Origin: Eledone cirrhosa
Lineage: Eukaryota
DNA: 64,000 nt
Direction: 5' to 3'
Assembly (NCBI GenBank): GCA_964016885.1
Contig: OZ024742.1
Span: forward strand, 232,810,001 to 232,874,000
Shown here piece after piece: positions 1 through 15,836 of this stretch. Below the pieces are notes generated by a model. The model was given only the letters and a program-made list of their open reading frames with translations, did no database searches and was not told the origin of the DNA. Each line of letters starts with the position of its first letter. Within the stretch, counting starts at the first letter, position 1. A program made the position numbers and the translations under genes.

Positions 1-84
1 GTCAGTGAGAGTACACTAATACATAACAGTCATTACACCAGTGACAGTACACCAATACATAACAGTCATTACGTCAGTCAGTGA

Positions 85-2658
85 GAGTACACCAATACAT
101 AACAGTCATTACACCAGTGACAGTACACCAATACATAACAGTCATTACATCAGAAGTGACAGTACCCCAATACATAACAGTCATTACATCAGTAAGTGAG
201 AGTACACCAATACATAACAGTCATTACACCAGTGACAGTACACCAATACATAACAGTCATTACATCCGTCAGTGACAGTACACCAATACATAACAGTCAT
301 TACACCAGTCAGTGAGAGTACACCAATACATAACAGTCATTACACCAGTCAGTGACAGTACACCAATACATAACAGTCATTACTTAAGTCAGTGACAGTA
401 CACCAATACATAACAGTCATTACATCAGTCAGTGAGAGTACACCAATACATAACAGTCATTACATCAGCCAGTGACAGTACACCAATACATAACAGTCAT
501 TACATCAGTCAGTGACAGTACACCAATACATAACAGTCATTACACCAGTCAGTGACAGTACACCAATATATAACAGTCTTTACATCAGTCAGTGACAGTA
601 CACTAATACATAACAGTCATTACATCAGTCAGTGACAGTACACCAATACATAACAGTCATTACACCAGTCAGTGAGAGTACACCAATACATAACAGTCAT
701 TACACCAGTCAGTGACAGTACACCAATACATAACAGTCATTAGACCAGTGACAGTACACCAATACATAACAGTCATTACATCAGTCAGTGACAGTACACC
801 AATACATAACAGTCATTACACCAGTCAGTGAGAGTACACCAATACATAACAGTCATTACACCAGTGACAGGAAACCAATACATAACAGTCATTACATCAG
901 TCAGTGACAGAACACCAATACATCACAGTCATTACACCAGTGACAGTACACCAATACATAACAGTCATTACACCAGTCAGTGAAAGTACACCAATACATA
1001 ACAGTCATTACATCAGTCAGTGACAGTACACCAATACATAACAGTCTTTACACCAGTCAGTGAGAGTACACCAATATATAACAGTCATTACACCAGTGAC
1101 AGTACACCAATACATAACAGTCTTAACACCAGTCAGTGACAGTACACCAATACATAACAGTCATTACACCAGTCAGTGACAGTACACCAATACATAACAG
1201 TCATTACACCAGTCAGTGAGAGTACACCAATACATAACAGTCATTACACCAGTGACAGTACACCAATACATAACAGTCTTAACACCAGTCAGTGACAGTA
1301 CACCAATACATAACAGTCATTACACCAGTCAGTGACAGTACACCAATACATAACAGTCATTACATCAGTCAGTGACGGTACACCAATACATAACAGTCAT
1401 TACATCAGTCAGTGAGAGTACACCAATACATCACAGTCATTACATCAGCCAGTGACAGTACACCAATACATAACAGTCATTACATCAGTCACTGACAGTA
1501 CACCAATATATAACAGTCATTACACCAGTCGGTGACAGTACACCAATACATAACAGTCATTACATCAGTCAGTGACAGTACACCAATACATCACAGTCAT
1601 TACACCAGTGACAGTACACCAATACATAACAGTCATTACATCAGAAGTGACAGTACACCAATACATAACAGTCAGTACATCAGTAAGTGACAGTACACCA
1701 ATACATAACAGTCATTACACCAGTCAGTGACAGTACACCAATACATAACAGTCATTAGACCAGTGACAGTACACCAATACATAACAGTTATTACATCAGT
1801 CAGTGACAGTACACCAATACATAACAGTCATTACACAAGTCAGTGAGAGTACACCAATACATAACAGTCATTACACCAGTGACAGGACACCAATACATAA
1901 CAGTCATTACATCAGCCAGTGACAGTACACCAATACATAACAGTCATTACACCAGTGACAGTACACCAATACATAACAGTCATTACATCAGAAGTGACAG
2001 TACACCAATACATAACAGTCATTACATCAGTAAGTGAGAGTACACCAATACATAACAGTCATTACACCAGTGACAGTACACCAATACATAACAGTCATTA
2101 CATCCGTCAGTGACAGTACACCAATACATAACAGTCATTACACCAGTCAGTGAGAGTACACCAATACATAACAGTCATTACACGAGTCAGTGACAGTACA
2201 CCAATACATAACAGTCATTACTTCAGTCAGTGACAGTACACCAATACATAACAGTCATTACATCAGTCAGTGAGAGTACACCAATACATAACAGTCATTA
2301 CATCAGCCAGTGACAGTACACCAATACATAACAGTCATTACATCAGTCAGTGACAGTACACCAATACATAACAGTCATTACACCAGTCAGTGACAGTACA
2401 CCAATATATAACAGTCTTTACATCAGTCAGTGACAGTACACTAATACATAACAGTCATTACATCAGTCAGTGACAGTACACCAATACATAACAGTCATTA
2501 CACCAGTCAGTGAGAGTACACCAATACATAACAGTCATTACACCAGTCAGTGACAGTACACCAATACATAACAGTCATTAGACCAGTGACAGTACACCAA
2601 TACATAACAGTCATTACATCAGTCAGTGACAGTACACCAATACATAACAGTCATTACA
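85..2658. repeat. Dispersed block duplication of ~735 bp at offset 1838 (~85-820 vs ~1923-2658), slightly diverged
   Basis: Same order of rare variants in both: CATCCGTC at 263/2101, CTAATA at 603/2441, TAGACC at 741/2579. The ORF pair at 81/1919 has the same offset. A few mismatches are visible (CCCC near 165, TTAAG near 385, CACGAG near 2181). Confidence 0.85.
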
Positions 2659-5600
2659 TCAGCCAGTGACAGTACACCAATACATAACAGTCATTAGACC
2701 AGTGACAGTACACCAATACATAACAGTCATTACACCAGTCAGTGACAGTACACCAATACATAACAGTCATTACACCAGTCAGTGACAGTACACCAATATA
2801 TAACAGTCATTACACCAGTCAGTGACAGTACACCAATACATAACAGTCATTACATCAGTCAGTGACAGTACACCAATACATAACAGTCATTACATCAGTC
2901 AGTGAGAGTACACCAATACATCACAGTCATTACATCAGCCAGTGACAGTACACCAATACATAACAGTCATTACATCAGTCAGTGACAGTACACCAATATA
3001 TAACAGTCATTACACCAGTCAGTGACAGTACACCAATACATAACAGTCATTACATCAGTCAGTGACAGTACACCAATACATCACAGTCATTACACCAGTG
3101 ACAGTACACCAATACATAACAGTCATTACACCAGTCAGTGACAGTACACCAATACATAACAGTCATTACATCAGGCAGTGACAGTACACCAATACATAAC
3201 AGTCATTACACCAGTCAGTGACAGTACACCAATACATAACAGTCATTACATCAGTCAGTGACAGTACACCAATACATAACAGTCATTACGTCAGTCAGTG
3301 AGAGTACACCAATACATAACAGTCATTACGCCAGTGACAGTAAACCAATACATAACAGTCATTACATCAGTCAGTGACAGTACACCAATACATAACAGTC
3401 ATTACACCAGTCAGTGAGAGTACACTAATACATAACAGTCATTACACCAGTGACAGTACACCAATACATAACAGTCATTACGTCAGTCAGTGAGAGTACA
3501 CCAATACATAACAGTCATTACACCAGTGACAGTACACCAATACATAACAGTCATTACATCAGTCAGTGACAGTACACCAATACATAACAGTCATTACACC
3601 AGTCAGTGAGAGTACACCAATACATAACAGTCATTACACCAGTGAGAGTACACCAATACAGAACAGTCATTACACCAGTGACAGTACACCAATACATAAC
3701 AGTCATTACACCAGTCAGTGACAGTACACCAATACATAACAGTCATTACACTAGTCAGTGATAGTACACCAATACATAACAGTCATTACACCAGTCAGTG
3801 ACAGTACACCAATACATAACAGTCATTACATCAGTCAGTGACAGTACACCAATACATAACAGTCTTTACACCAGTGACAGTACACCAATACATAAGAGTC
3901 ATTACATCAGTCAGTGAGAGTACACCAATACATAACAGTCATTACACCAGTGACAGTACACCAATACATAACATTCATTACATCAGTCAGTGACAGTACA
4001 CCAATACATAACAGTCATTACACCAGTCAGTGAGAGTACACCGATACATAACAGTCATTACACCAGTCAGTGACAGTACACCAATATATAACAGTCTTTA
4101 CATCAGTCAGTGAGAGTACACCAATACATAACAGTCATTACACCAGTGACAGTACACCAATACATAACAGTCATTACACCAGTCAGTGACAGTACACTAA
4201 TACATAACTGTCATTACACCAGTCAGTGAGAGTACACCAGTATATAACAGTCATTACACCAGTGACAGTACACCAATACATAACAGTCATTACACCAGTC
4301 AGTGACAGTACACTAATACATAACAGTCATTACATCAGTCAGTGACAGTACACCAATACATAACAGTCATTACATCAGTCAGTGAGAGTACACCAATACA
4401 TAACAGTCATTACACCAGTGACAGTACACCAATACATAACAGTCATTACATCAGTCAGTGACAGTACACCAATACATAACAGTCATTACATCAGTCAGTG
4501 ATAGTACACCAATACATAACAGTCATTACACCAGTGACAGTACACCAATACATAACAGTCATTACACCAGTCAGTGACAGTACACTAATACATAACAGTC
4601 ATTACATCAGTCAGTGAGAGTACACCAATACATAACAGTCATTACACCTGTCAGTGACAGTACACCAATACATAACAGTCATTACACCAGTCAGTGACAG
4701 TACACCAATACATAACAGTCATTACACCAATACATAACAGTCATTACATCAGCCAGTGACAGTACACCAAAACATAACAGTCATTACATCAGTAAGTGAC
4801 AGTACACCAATACATAACAGTCATTACATCAGTCAGTGACAGTACACCAATACATAACAGTCATTACATCAGTAAGTGGCGGTACACCAATACATAACAG
4901 TCATTACATCAGTCAGTGACAGTACACCAATATATAACAGTCATTACACCAGTCAGTGACAGTACACCAATACATAACAGTCATTACATCAGTCAGTGAC
5001 AGTACACCAATACATCACAGTCATTACACCAGTGACAGTACACCAATACATAACAGTCATTACATCAGAAGTGACAGTACACCAATACATAACAGTCATT
5101 ACATCAGTAAGTGAGAGTACACCAATACATAACAGTTATTACACCAGTGACAGTACACCAATACATAACAGTCATTACATCCGTCAGTGACAGTACACCA
5201 ATACATAACAGTCATTACACCAGTCAGTGAGAGTACACCAATACATAACAGTCATTACACCAGTCAGTGACAGTACACCAATACATAACAGACATTACAC
5301 CAGTCAGTGACAGTACACCAATATATAACAGTCTTTACATCAGTCAGTGACAGTACACTAATACATAACATTCATTACATCAGTCAGTGACAGTACACCA
5401 ATACATAACAGTCATTACACCAGTCAGTGACAGTACACCAATACATAACAGTCATTACACCAGTGACAGTACACCAATACATAACAGTCATTACACCAGT
5501 CAGTGAGAGTACACCAATACATAACAGTCATTACACCAGTGACAGTACACCAATACATAACAGTCATTACATCAGAAGTGACAGTACACCAATACATAAC

Positions 5601-8600
5601 AGTCATTACATCAGTAAGTGAGAGTACACCAATACATAACAGTCATTACACCAGTGACAGTACACCAATACATAACAGTCATTACATCCGTCAGTGACAG
5701 TACACCAATACATAACAGTCATTACACCAGTCAGTGAGAGTACACCAATACATAACAGTCATTACACCAGTCAGTGACAGTACACCAATACATAACAGTC
5801 ATTACTTCAGTCAGTGACAGTACACCAATACATAACAGTCATTACATCAGTCAGTGAGAGTACACCAATACATAACAGTCATTACATCAGCCAGTGACAG
5901 TACACCAATACATAACAGTCATTACATCAGTCAGTGACAGTACACCAATACATAACAGTCATTACATCAGTCAGTGAGAGTACACCAATACATAACAGTC
6001 ATTACACCAGTGACAGTACACCAATACATAACAGTCATTACACCAGTCAGTGACAGTACACTAATACATAACAGTCATTACATCACTCAGTGACAGTACA
6101 CCAATACATAACAGTCTTTACACCAGTCAGTGAGAGTACACCAATATATAACAGTCATTACACCAGTGACAGTACACCAATACATAACAGTCATTACATC
6201 AGTCAGTGAGAGTACACCAATACATCACAGTCATTACACCAGTGACAGTACACCAATACATAACAGTCATTACAGCAGCCAGTGACAGTACACCAATACA
6301 TAACAGTCATTACATCAGTAAGTGACATTACACCAATACATAACAGTCATTACATCAGTAAGTGACAGTACACCAATACATAACAGTCATTACATCAGTC
6401 AGTGACAGTACACCAATACATAACAGTCATTAGACCAGTGACAGTACACCAATACATAACAGTCATTACATCAGTCAGTGACAGTACACCAATACATAAC
6501 AGTCATTACATCAGCCAGTGACAGTACACCAATACATAACAGTCATTAGACCAGTGACAGTACACCAATACATAACAGTCATTACACCAGTCAGTGACAG
6601 TACACCAATACATAACAGTCATTACACCAGTCAGTGACAGTACACCAATATATAACAGTCATTACACCAGTCAGTGACAGTACACCAATACATAACAGTC
6701 ATTACATCAGTCAGTGACAGTACACCAATACATAACAGTCATTACATCAGTCAGTGAGAGTACACCAATACATCACAGTCATTACATCAGCCAGTGACAG
6801 TACACCAATACATAACAGTCATTACATCAGTCAGTGACAGTACACCAATATATAACAGTCATTACACCAGTCAGTGACAGTACACCAATACATAACAGTC
6901 ATTACATCAGTCAGTGACAGTACACCAATACATCACAGTCATTACACCAGTGACAGTACACCAATACATAACAGTCATTACACCAGTCAGTGACAGTACA
7001 CCAATACATAACAGTCATTACATCAGGCAGTGACAGTACACCAATACATAACAGTCATTACACCAGTCAGTGACAGTACACCAATACATAACAGTCATTA
7101 CATCAGTCAGTGACAGTACACCAATACATAACAGTCATTACGTCAGTCAGTGAGAGTACACCAATACATAACAGTCATTACGCCAGTGACAGTAAACCAA
7201 TACATAACAGTCATTACATCAGTCAGTGACAGTACACCAATACATAACAGTCATTACACCAGTCAGTGAGAGTACACTAATACATAACAGTCATTACACC
7301 AGTGACAGTACACCAATACATAACAGTCATTACGTCAGTCAGTGAGAGTACACCAATACATAACAGTCATTACACCAGTGACAGTACACCAATACATAAC
7401 AGTCATTACATCAGTCAGTGACAGTACACCAATACATAACAGTCATTACACCAGTCAGTGAGAGTACACCAATACATAACAGTCATTACACCAGTGAGAG
7501 TACACCAATACAGAACAGTCATTACACCAGTGACAGTACACCAATACATAACAGTCATTACACCAGTCAGTGACAGTACACCAATACATAACAGTCATTA
7601 CACTAGTCAGTGATAGTACACCAATACATAACAGTCATTACACCAGTCAGTGACAGTACACCAATACATAACAGTCATTACATCAGTCAGTGACAGTACA
7701 CCAATACATAACAGTCTTTACACCAGTGACAGTACACCAATACATAAGAGTCATTACATCAGTCAGTGAGAGTACACCAATACATAACAGTCATTACACC
7801 AGTGACAGTACACCAATACATAACATTCATTACATCAGTCAGTGACAGTACACCAATACATAACAGTCATTACACCAGTCAGTGAGAGTACACCGATACA
7901 TAACAGTCATTACACCAGTCAGTGACAGTACACCAATATATAACAGTCTTTACATCAGTCAGTGAGAGTACACCAATACATAACAGTCATTACACCAGTG
8001 ACAGTACACCAATACATAACAGTCATTACACCAGTCAGTGACAGTACACTAATACATAACTGTCATTACACCAGTCAGTGAGAGTACACCAGTATATAAC
8101 AGTCATTACACCAGTGACAGTACACCAATACATAACAGTCATTACACCAGTCAGTGACAGTACACTAATACATAACAGTCATTACATCAGTCAGTGACAG
8201 TACACCAATACATAACAGTCATTACATCAGTCAGTGAGAGTACACCAATACATAACAGTCATTACACCAGTGACAGTACACCAATACATAACAGTCATTA
8301 CATCAGTCAGTGACAGTACACCAATACATAACAGTCATTACATCAGTCAGTGATAGTACACCAATACATAACAGTCATTACACCAGTGACAGTACACCAA
8401 TACATAACAGTCATTACACCAGTCAGTGACAGTACACTAATACATAACAGTCATTACATCAGTCAGTGAGAGTACACCAATACATAACAGTCATTACACC
8501 TGTCAGTGACAGTACACCAATACATAACAGTCATTACACCAGTCAGTGACAGTACACCAATACATAACAGTCATTACACCAATACATAACAGTCATTACA

Positions 8601-10270
8601 TCAGCCAGTGACAGTACACCAAAACATAACAGTCATTACATCAGTAAGTGACAGTACACCAATACATAACAGTCATTACATCAGTCAGTGACAGTACACC
8701 AATACATAACAGTCATTACATCAGTAAGTGGCGGTACACCAATACATAACAGTCATTACATCAGTCAGTGACAGTACACCAATATATAACAGTCATTACA
8801 CCAGTCAGTGACAGTACACCAATACATAACAGTCATTACATCAGTCAGTGACAGTACACCAATACATCACAGTCATTACACCAGTGACAGTACACCAATA
8901 CATAACAGTCATTACATCAGAAGTGACAGTACACCAATACATAACAGTCATTACATCAGTAAGTGAGAGTACACCAATACATAACAGTTATTACACCAGT
9001 GACAGTACACCAATACATAACAGTCATTACATCCGTCAGTGACAGTACACCAATACATAACAGTCATTACACCAGTCAGTGAGAGTACACCAATACATAA
9101 CAGTCATTACACCAGTCAGTGACAGTACACCAATACATAACAGACATTACACCAGTCAGTGACAGTACACCAATATATAACAGTCTTTACATCAGTCAGT
9201 GACAGTACACTAATACATAACATTCATTACATCAGTCAGTGACAGTACACCAATACATAACAGTCATTACACCAGTCAGTGACAGTACACCAATACATAA
9301 CAGTCATTACACCAGTGACAGTACACCAATACATAACAGTCATTACACCAGTCAGTGAGAGTACACCAATACATAACAGTCATTACACCAGTGACAGTAC
9401 ACCAATACATAACAGTCATTACATCAGAAGTGACAGTACACCAATACATAACAGTCATTACATCAGTAAGTGAGAGTACACCAATACATAACAGTCATTA
9501 CACCAGTGACAGTACACCAATACATAACAGTCATTACATCCGTCAGTGACAGTACACCAATACATAACAGTCATTACACCAGTCAGTGAGAGTACACCAA
9601 TACATAACAGTCATTACACCAGTCAGTGACAGTACACCAATACATAACAGTCATTACTTCAGTCAGTGACAGTACACCAATACATAACAGTCATTACATC
9701 AGTCAGTGAGAGTACACCAATACATAACAGTCATTACATCAGCCAGTGACAGTACACCAATACATAACAGTCATTACATCAGTCAGTGACAGTACACCAA
9801 TACATAACAGTCATTACATCAGTCAGTGAGAGTACACCAATACATAACAGTCATTACACCAGTGACAGTACACCAATACATAACAGTCATTACACCAGTC
9901 AGTGACAGTACACTAATACATAACAGTCATTACATCACTCAGTGACAGTACACCAATACATAACAGTCTTTACACCAGTCAGTGAGAGTACACCAATATA
10001 TAACAGTCATTACACCAGTGACAGTACACCAATACATAACAGTCATTACATCAGTCAGTGAGAGTACACCAATACATCACAGTCATTACACCAGTGACAG
10101 TACACCAATACATAACAGTCATTACAGCAGCCAGTGACAGTACACCAATACATAACAGTCATTACATCAGTAAGTGACATTACACCAATACATAACAGTC
10201 ATTACATCAGTAAGTGACAGTACACCAATACATAACAGTCATTACATCAGTCAGTGACAGTACACCAATA
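2544..10270. repeat. Tandem block duplication, period 3852 bp (2 copies)
   Basis: Markers GACC at 2581/6433 and TCAGGCAG at 3171/7023, 22-bp truncated monomer at ~4725/~8577, and ORF pairs 4996/8848, 5424/9276 and 5503/9355 are all offset by 3852. Confidence 0.95.
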
Positions 10271-10915
10271 TATAACAGTCATTACATCAGTAAGTGACAG
10301 TACACCAATACATAACAGTCATTACATTAGTAAGTGACAGTACACCAATACATAACAGTCATTACATCAGTAAGTGACAGTACACCAATACATAACAATC
10401 ATTACATCAGTCAGTGACAGTACACCAATACATAACAGTCATTACATCAGTCAGTGACAGTACACCAATACATCACAGTCATTACACCAGTGACAGTACA
10501 CCAATACTTAACAGTCATTACACCAGTCAGTGACAGTACACCAATACATAACAGTCATTACACCAGTCAGTGACAGTACACCAATACATAACAGTCATTA
10601 CATCAGTCAGTGACAGTACACCAATACATAACAGTCATTACACCAGTGACAGTACACCAATACATAACAGTCATTACACCAGTCAGTGACAGTACACCAA
10701 TACATAACAGTCATTACACCAGTGACAGTACACCAATACATAACAGTCATTACACCAGTCAGTGAGAGTACACCAATACATAACAGTCATTACACCAGTG
10801 ACAGTACACCAATACATAACAGTCATTACACCAGTCATTGAGAGTACACCAATATATAACAGTCATTACACCAGTCAGTGACAGTACACCAACACATAAC
10901 AGTCATTACATCAGT

Positions 10916-13900
10916 CAGTGACAGTACACCAATACATAACAGTCATTACACCAGTCAGTGACAGTACACCAATACATAACAGTCATTACATCAGTCAGTG
11001 ACAGTACACCAATACATAACAGTCATTACATCAGTCAGTGACAGTACACCAATACATAACAGTCATTACATCAGTCAGTGACAGTACACCAATACATAAC
11101 AGTCATTACACCAGTGACAGTACACCAATACATAACAGTCATTACACCAGTCAGTGACAGTACACCAATACATAACAGTCATTACACCAGTGACAGTAAA
11201 CCAATACATAACAGTCATTACATCAGTCAGTGACAGTACACCAATACATAACAGTCATTACATCAGAAGTGACAGTACACCAATACATAACAGTCATTAC
11301 ACCAGTCAGTGACAGTACACCAATATATAACAGTCATTACACCAGTCAGTGACAGTACACCAACACATAACAGTCATTACATCAGTCAGTGACAGTACAC
11401 CAATACATAACAGTCATTACACCAGTGACAGTACACCAATACATAACAGTCATTACACCAGTCAGTGACAGTACACCAATACATAACAGTCATTACACCA
11501 GTGACAGTAAACCAATACATAACAGTCATTACATCAGTCAGTGAGAGTACACCAATACATAACAGTCATTACACCAGTGACAGTACACCAATACATAACA
11601 GTCATTACACCAGTCAGTGACAGTACACCAATACATAACAGTCATTACACCAGTCAGTGACAGTACACCAATACATAACAGTCATTACACCAGTCAGTGA
11701 CAGTACACCAATACATAACAGTCATTACACCAGTCAGTGACAGTACACCAATACATAACAGTCATTACACCAGTCAGTGAGAGTACACCAATACATAACA
11801 GTCATTACACCAGTCAGTGAGAGTACGCCAATACATAACAGTCATTACACCAGTGACAGTACACCAATACATAACAGTCATTACACCAGTCAGTGACAGT
11901 ACACCAATACATAACAGTCATTACACCAGTGACAGTAAACCAATACATAACAGTCATTACATCAGTCAGTGAGAGTACACCAATACATAACAGTCATTAC
12001 ACCAGTGACAGTACACCAATACATAACAGTCATTACACCAGTCAGTGACAGTACACCAATACATAACAGTCATTACACCAGTCAGTGACAGTACACCAAT
12101 ACATAACAGTCATTACACCAGTCAGTGACAGTACACCAATACATAACAGTCATTACACCAGTCAGTGACAGTACACCAATACATAACAGTCATTACATCA
12201 GTCAGTGACAGTACACCAATACATAACAGTCTTTACACCAGTCAGTGACAGTACACCAATACATAACAGTCATTACACCAGTCAGTGAGAGTACGCCAAT
12301 ACATAACAGTCATTACACCAGTGACAGTACACCAATACATAACAGTCATTACACCAGTCAGTGACAGTACACCAATACATAACAGTCATTACACCAGTCA
12401 GTGAGAGTACACCAATACATCACAGTCATTACACCAGTGACAGTACACCAATACATAACAGTCATTACACCAGTCAGTGACAGTACACCAATACATAACA
12501 GTCATTACATCAGTCAGTGACAGTACACCAATACATAACAGTCATTACACCAGTCAGTGACAGTACACCAATACATCACAGTCATTACACCAGTCAGTGA
12601 CAGTACACTAATAGATAACAGTCATTACACCAGTCAGTGACAGTACACAAATACATAACAGTCATTACACCAGTCAGTGACAGTACACTAATAGATAACA
12701 GTCATTACACCAGTCAGTGACAGTACACCAATACATCACAGTCATTACACCAGTCAGTGACAGTACACCAATACATAACAGTCATTACATCAGTCAGTGA
12801 GAGTACGCCAATACATAACAGTCATTACACCAGTCAGTGACAGTACACCAATACATAACAGTCATTACATCAGTCAGTGAGAGTACGCCAATACATAACA
12901 GTCATTACACCAGTCAGTGACAGTACACCAATACATAACAGTCATTACATCAGTCAGTGAGAGTACACCAATACATCACAGTCATTACACCAGTCAGTGA
13001 CAGTACACCAATACATAACAGTCATTACATCAGTCAGTGAAAGTACACCAATACATAACAGTCCTTACACCAGTGACAGTACACCAATACATAACAGTCA
13101 TTACACCAGTGACAGTACACCAATACATAACAGTCATTACACCAGTCAGTGACAGTACACCAATACATAACAGTCATTACACCAGTCAGTGACAGTACAC
13201 CAATACATAACAGTCATTACACCAGTCAGTGAGAGTACACTAATACATAACAGTCCTTACACCAGTGACAGTACACCAATACATAACAGTCATTACACCA
13301 GTCAGTGACAGTACACCAATACATAACAGTCATTACACCAGTGACAGTACACCAATACATAACAGTCATTACACCAGTCAGTGACAGTACACCAATACAT
13401 AACAGTCATTACATCAGTCAGTGACAGTACACCAATACATAACAGTCATTACATCAGTCAGTGACAGTACACCAATACATAACAGTCATTACATCAGTCA
13501 GTGACAGTACACCAATACATAACAGTCATTACACCAGTGACAGTACACCAATACATAACAGTCATTACACCAGTCAGTGACAGTACACCAATACATAACA
13601 GTCATTACACCAGTGACAGTAAACCAATACATAACAGTCATTACATCAGTCAGTGACAGTACACCAATACATAACAGTCATTACATCAGAAGTGACAGTA
13701 CACCAATACATAACAGTCATTACACCAGTCAGTGACAGTACACCAATATATAACAGTCATTACACCAGTCAGTGACAGTACACCAACACATAACAGTCAT
13801 TACATCAGTCAGTGACAGTACACCAATACATAACAGTCATTACACCAGTGACAGTACACCAATACATAACAGTCATTACACCAGTCAGTGACAGTACACC

Positions 13901-15836
13901 AATACATAACAGTCATTACACCAGTGACAGTAAACCAATACATAACAGTCATTACATCAGTCAGTGAGAGTACACCAATACATAACAGTCATTACACCAG
14001 TGACAGTACACCAATACATAACAGTCATTACACCAGTCAGTGACAGTACACCAATACATAACAGTCATTACACCAGTCAGTGACAGTACACCAATACATA
14101 ACAGTCATTACACCAGTCAGTGACAGTACACCAATACATAACAGTCATTACACCAGTCAGTGACAGTACACCAATACATAACAGTCATTACACCAGTCAG
14201 TGAGAGTACACCAATACATAACAGTCATTACACCAGTCAGTGAGAGTACGCCAATACATAACAGTCATTACACCAGTGACAGTACACCAATACATAACAG
14301 TCATTACACCAGTCAGTGACAGTACACCAATACATAACAGTCATTACACCAGTGACAGTAAACCAATACATAACAGTCATTACATCAGTCAGTGAGAGTA
14401 CACCAATACATAACAGTCATTACACCAGTGACAGTACACCAATACATAACAGTCATTACACCAGTCAGTGACAGTACACCAATACATAACAGTCATTACA
14501 CCAGTCAGTGACAGTACACCAATACATAACAGTCATTACACCAGTCAGTGACAGTACACCAATACATAACAGTCATTACACCAGTCAGTGACAGTACACC
14601 AATACATAACAGTCATTACATCAGTCAGTGACAGTACACCAATACATAACAGTCTTTACACCAGTCAGTGACAGTACACCAATACATAACAGTCATTACA
14701 CCAGTCAGTGAGAGTACGCCAATACATAACAGTCATTACACCAGTGACAGTACACCAATACATAACAGTCATTACACCAGTCAGTGACAGTACACCAATA
14801 CATAACAGTCATTACACCAGTCAGTGAGAGTACACCAATACATCACAGTCATTACACCAGTGACAGTACACCAATACATAACAGTCATTACACCAGTCAG
14901 TGACAGTACACCAATACATAACAGTCATTACATCAGTCAGTGACAGTACACCAATACATAACAGTCATTACACCAGTCAGTGACAGTACACCAATACATC
15001 ACAGTCATTACACCAGTCAGTGACAGTACACTAATAGATAACAGTCATTACACCAGTCAGTGACAGTACACAAATACATAACAGTCATTACACCAGTCAG
15101 TGACAGTACACTAATAGATAACAGTCATTACACCAGTCAGTGACAGTACACCAATACATCACAGTCATTACACCAGTCAGTGACAGTACACCAATACATA
15201 ACAGTCATTACATCAGTCAGTGAGAGTACGCCAATACATAACAGTCATTACACCAGTCAGTGACAGTACACCAATACATAACAGTCATTACATCAGTCAG
15301 TGAGAGTACGCCAATACATAACAGTCATTACACCAGTCAGTGACAGTACACCAATACATAACAGTCATTACATCAGTCAGTGAGAGTACACCAATACATC
15401 ACAGTCATTACACCAGTCAGTGACAGTACACCAATACATAACAGTCATTACATCAGTCAGTGAAAGTACACCAATACATAACAGTCCTTACACCAGTGAC
15501 AGTACACCAATACATAACAGTCATTACACCAGTGACAGTACACCAATACATAACAGTCATTACACCAGTCAGTGACAGTACACCAATACATAACAGTCAT
15601 TACACCAGTCAGTGACAGTACACCAATACATAACAGTCATTACACCAGTCAGTGAGAGTACACTAATACATAACAGTCCTTACACCAGTGACAGTACACC
15701 AATACATAACAGTCATTACACCAGTCAGTGACAGTACACCAATACATAACAGTCATTACACCAGTGACAGTACACCAATACATAACAGTCATTACACCAG
15801 TCAGTGACAGTACACCAATACATAACAGTCATTACA
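10916..15836. repeat. Tandem block duplication, period 2423 bp (2 copies)
   Basis: CATCAGAAG at 11261/13684 and TGAAAG at 13038/15461. The TAATAGATAA and GTACGCC clusters repeat at the same offset. Confidence 0.93.
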
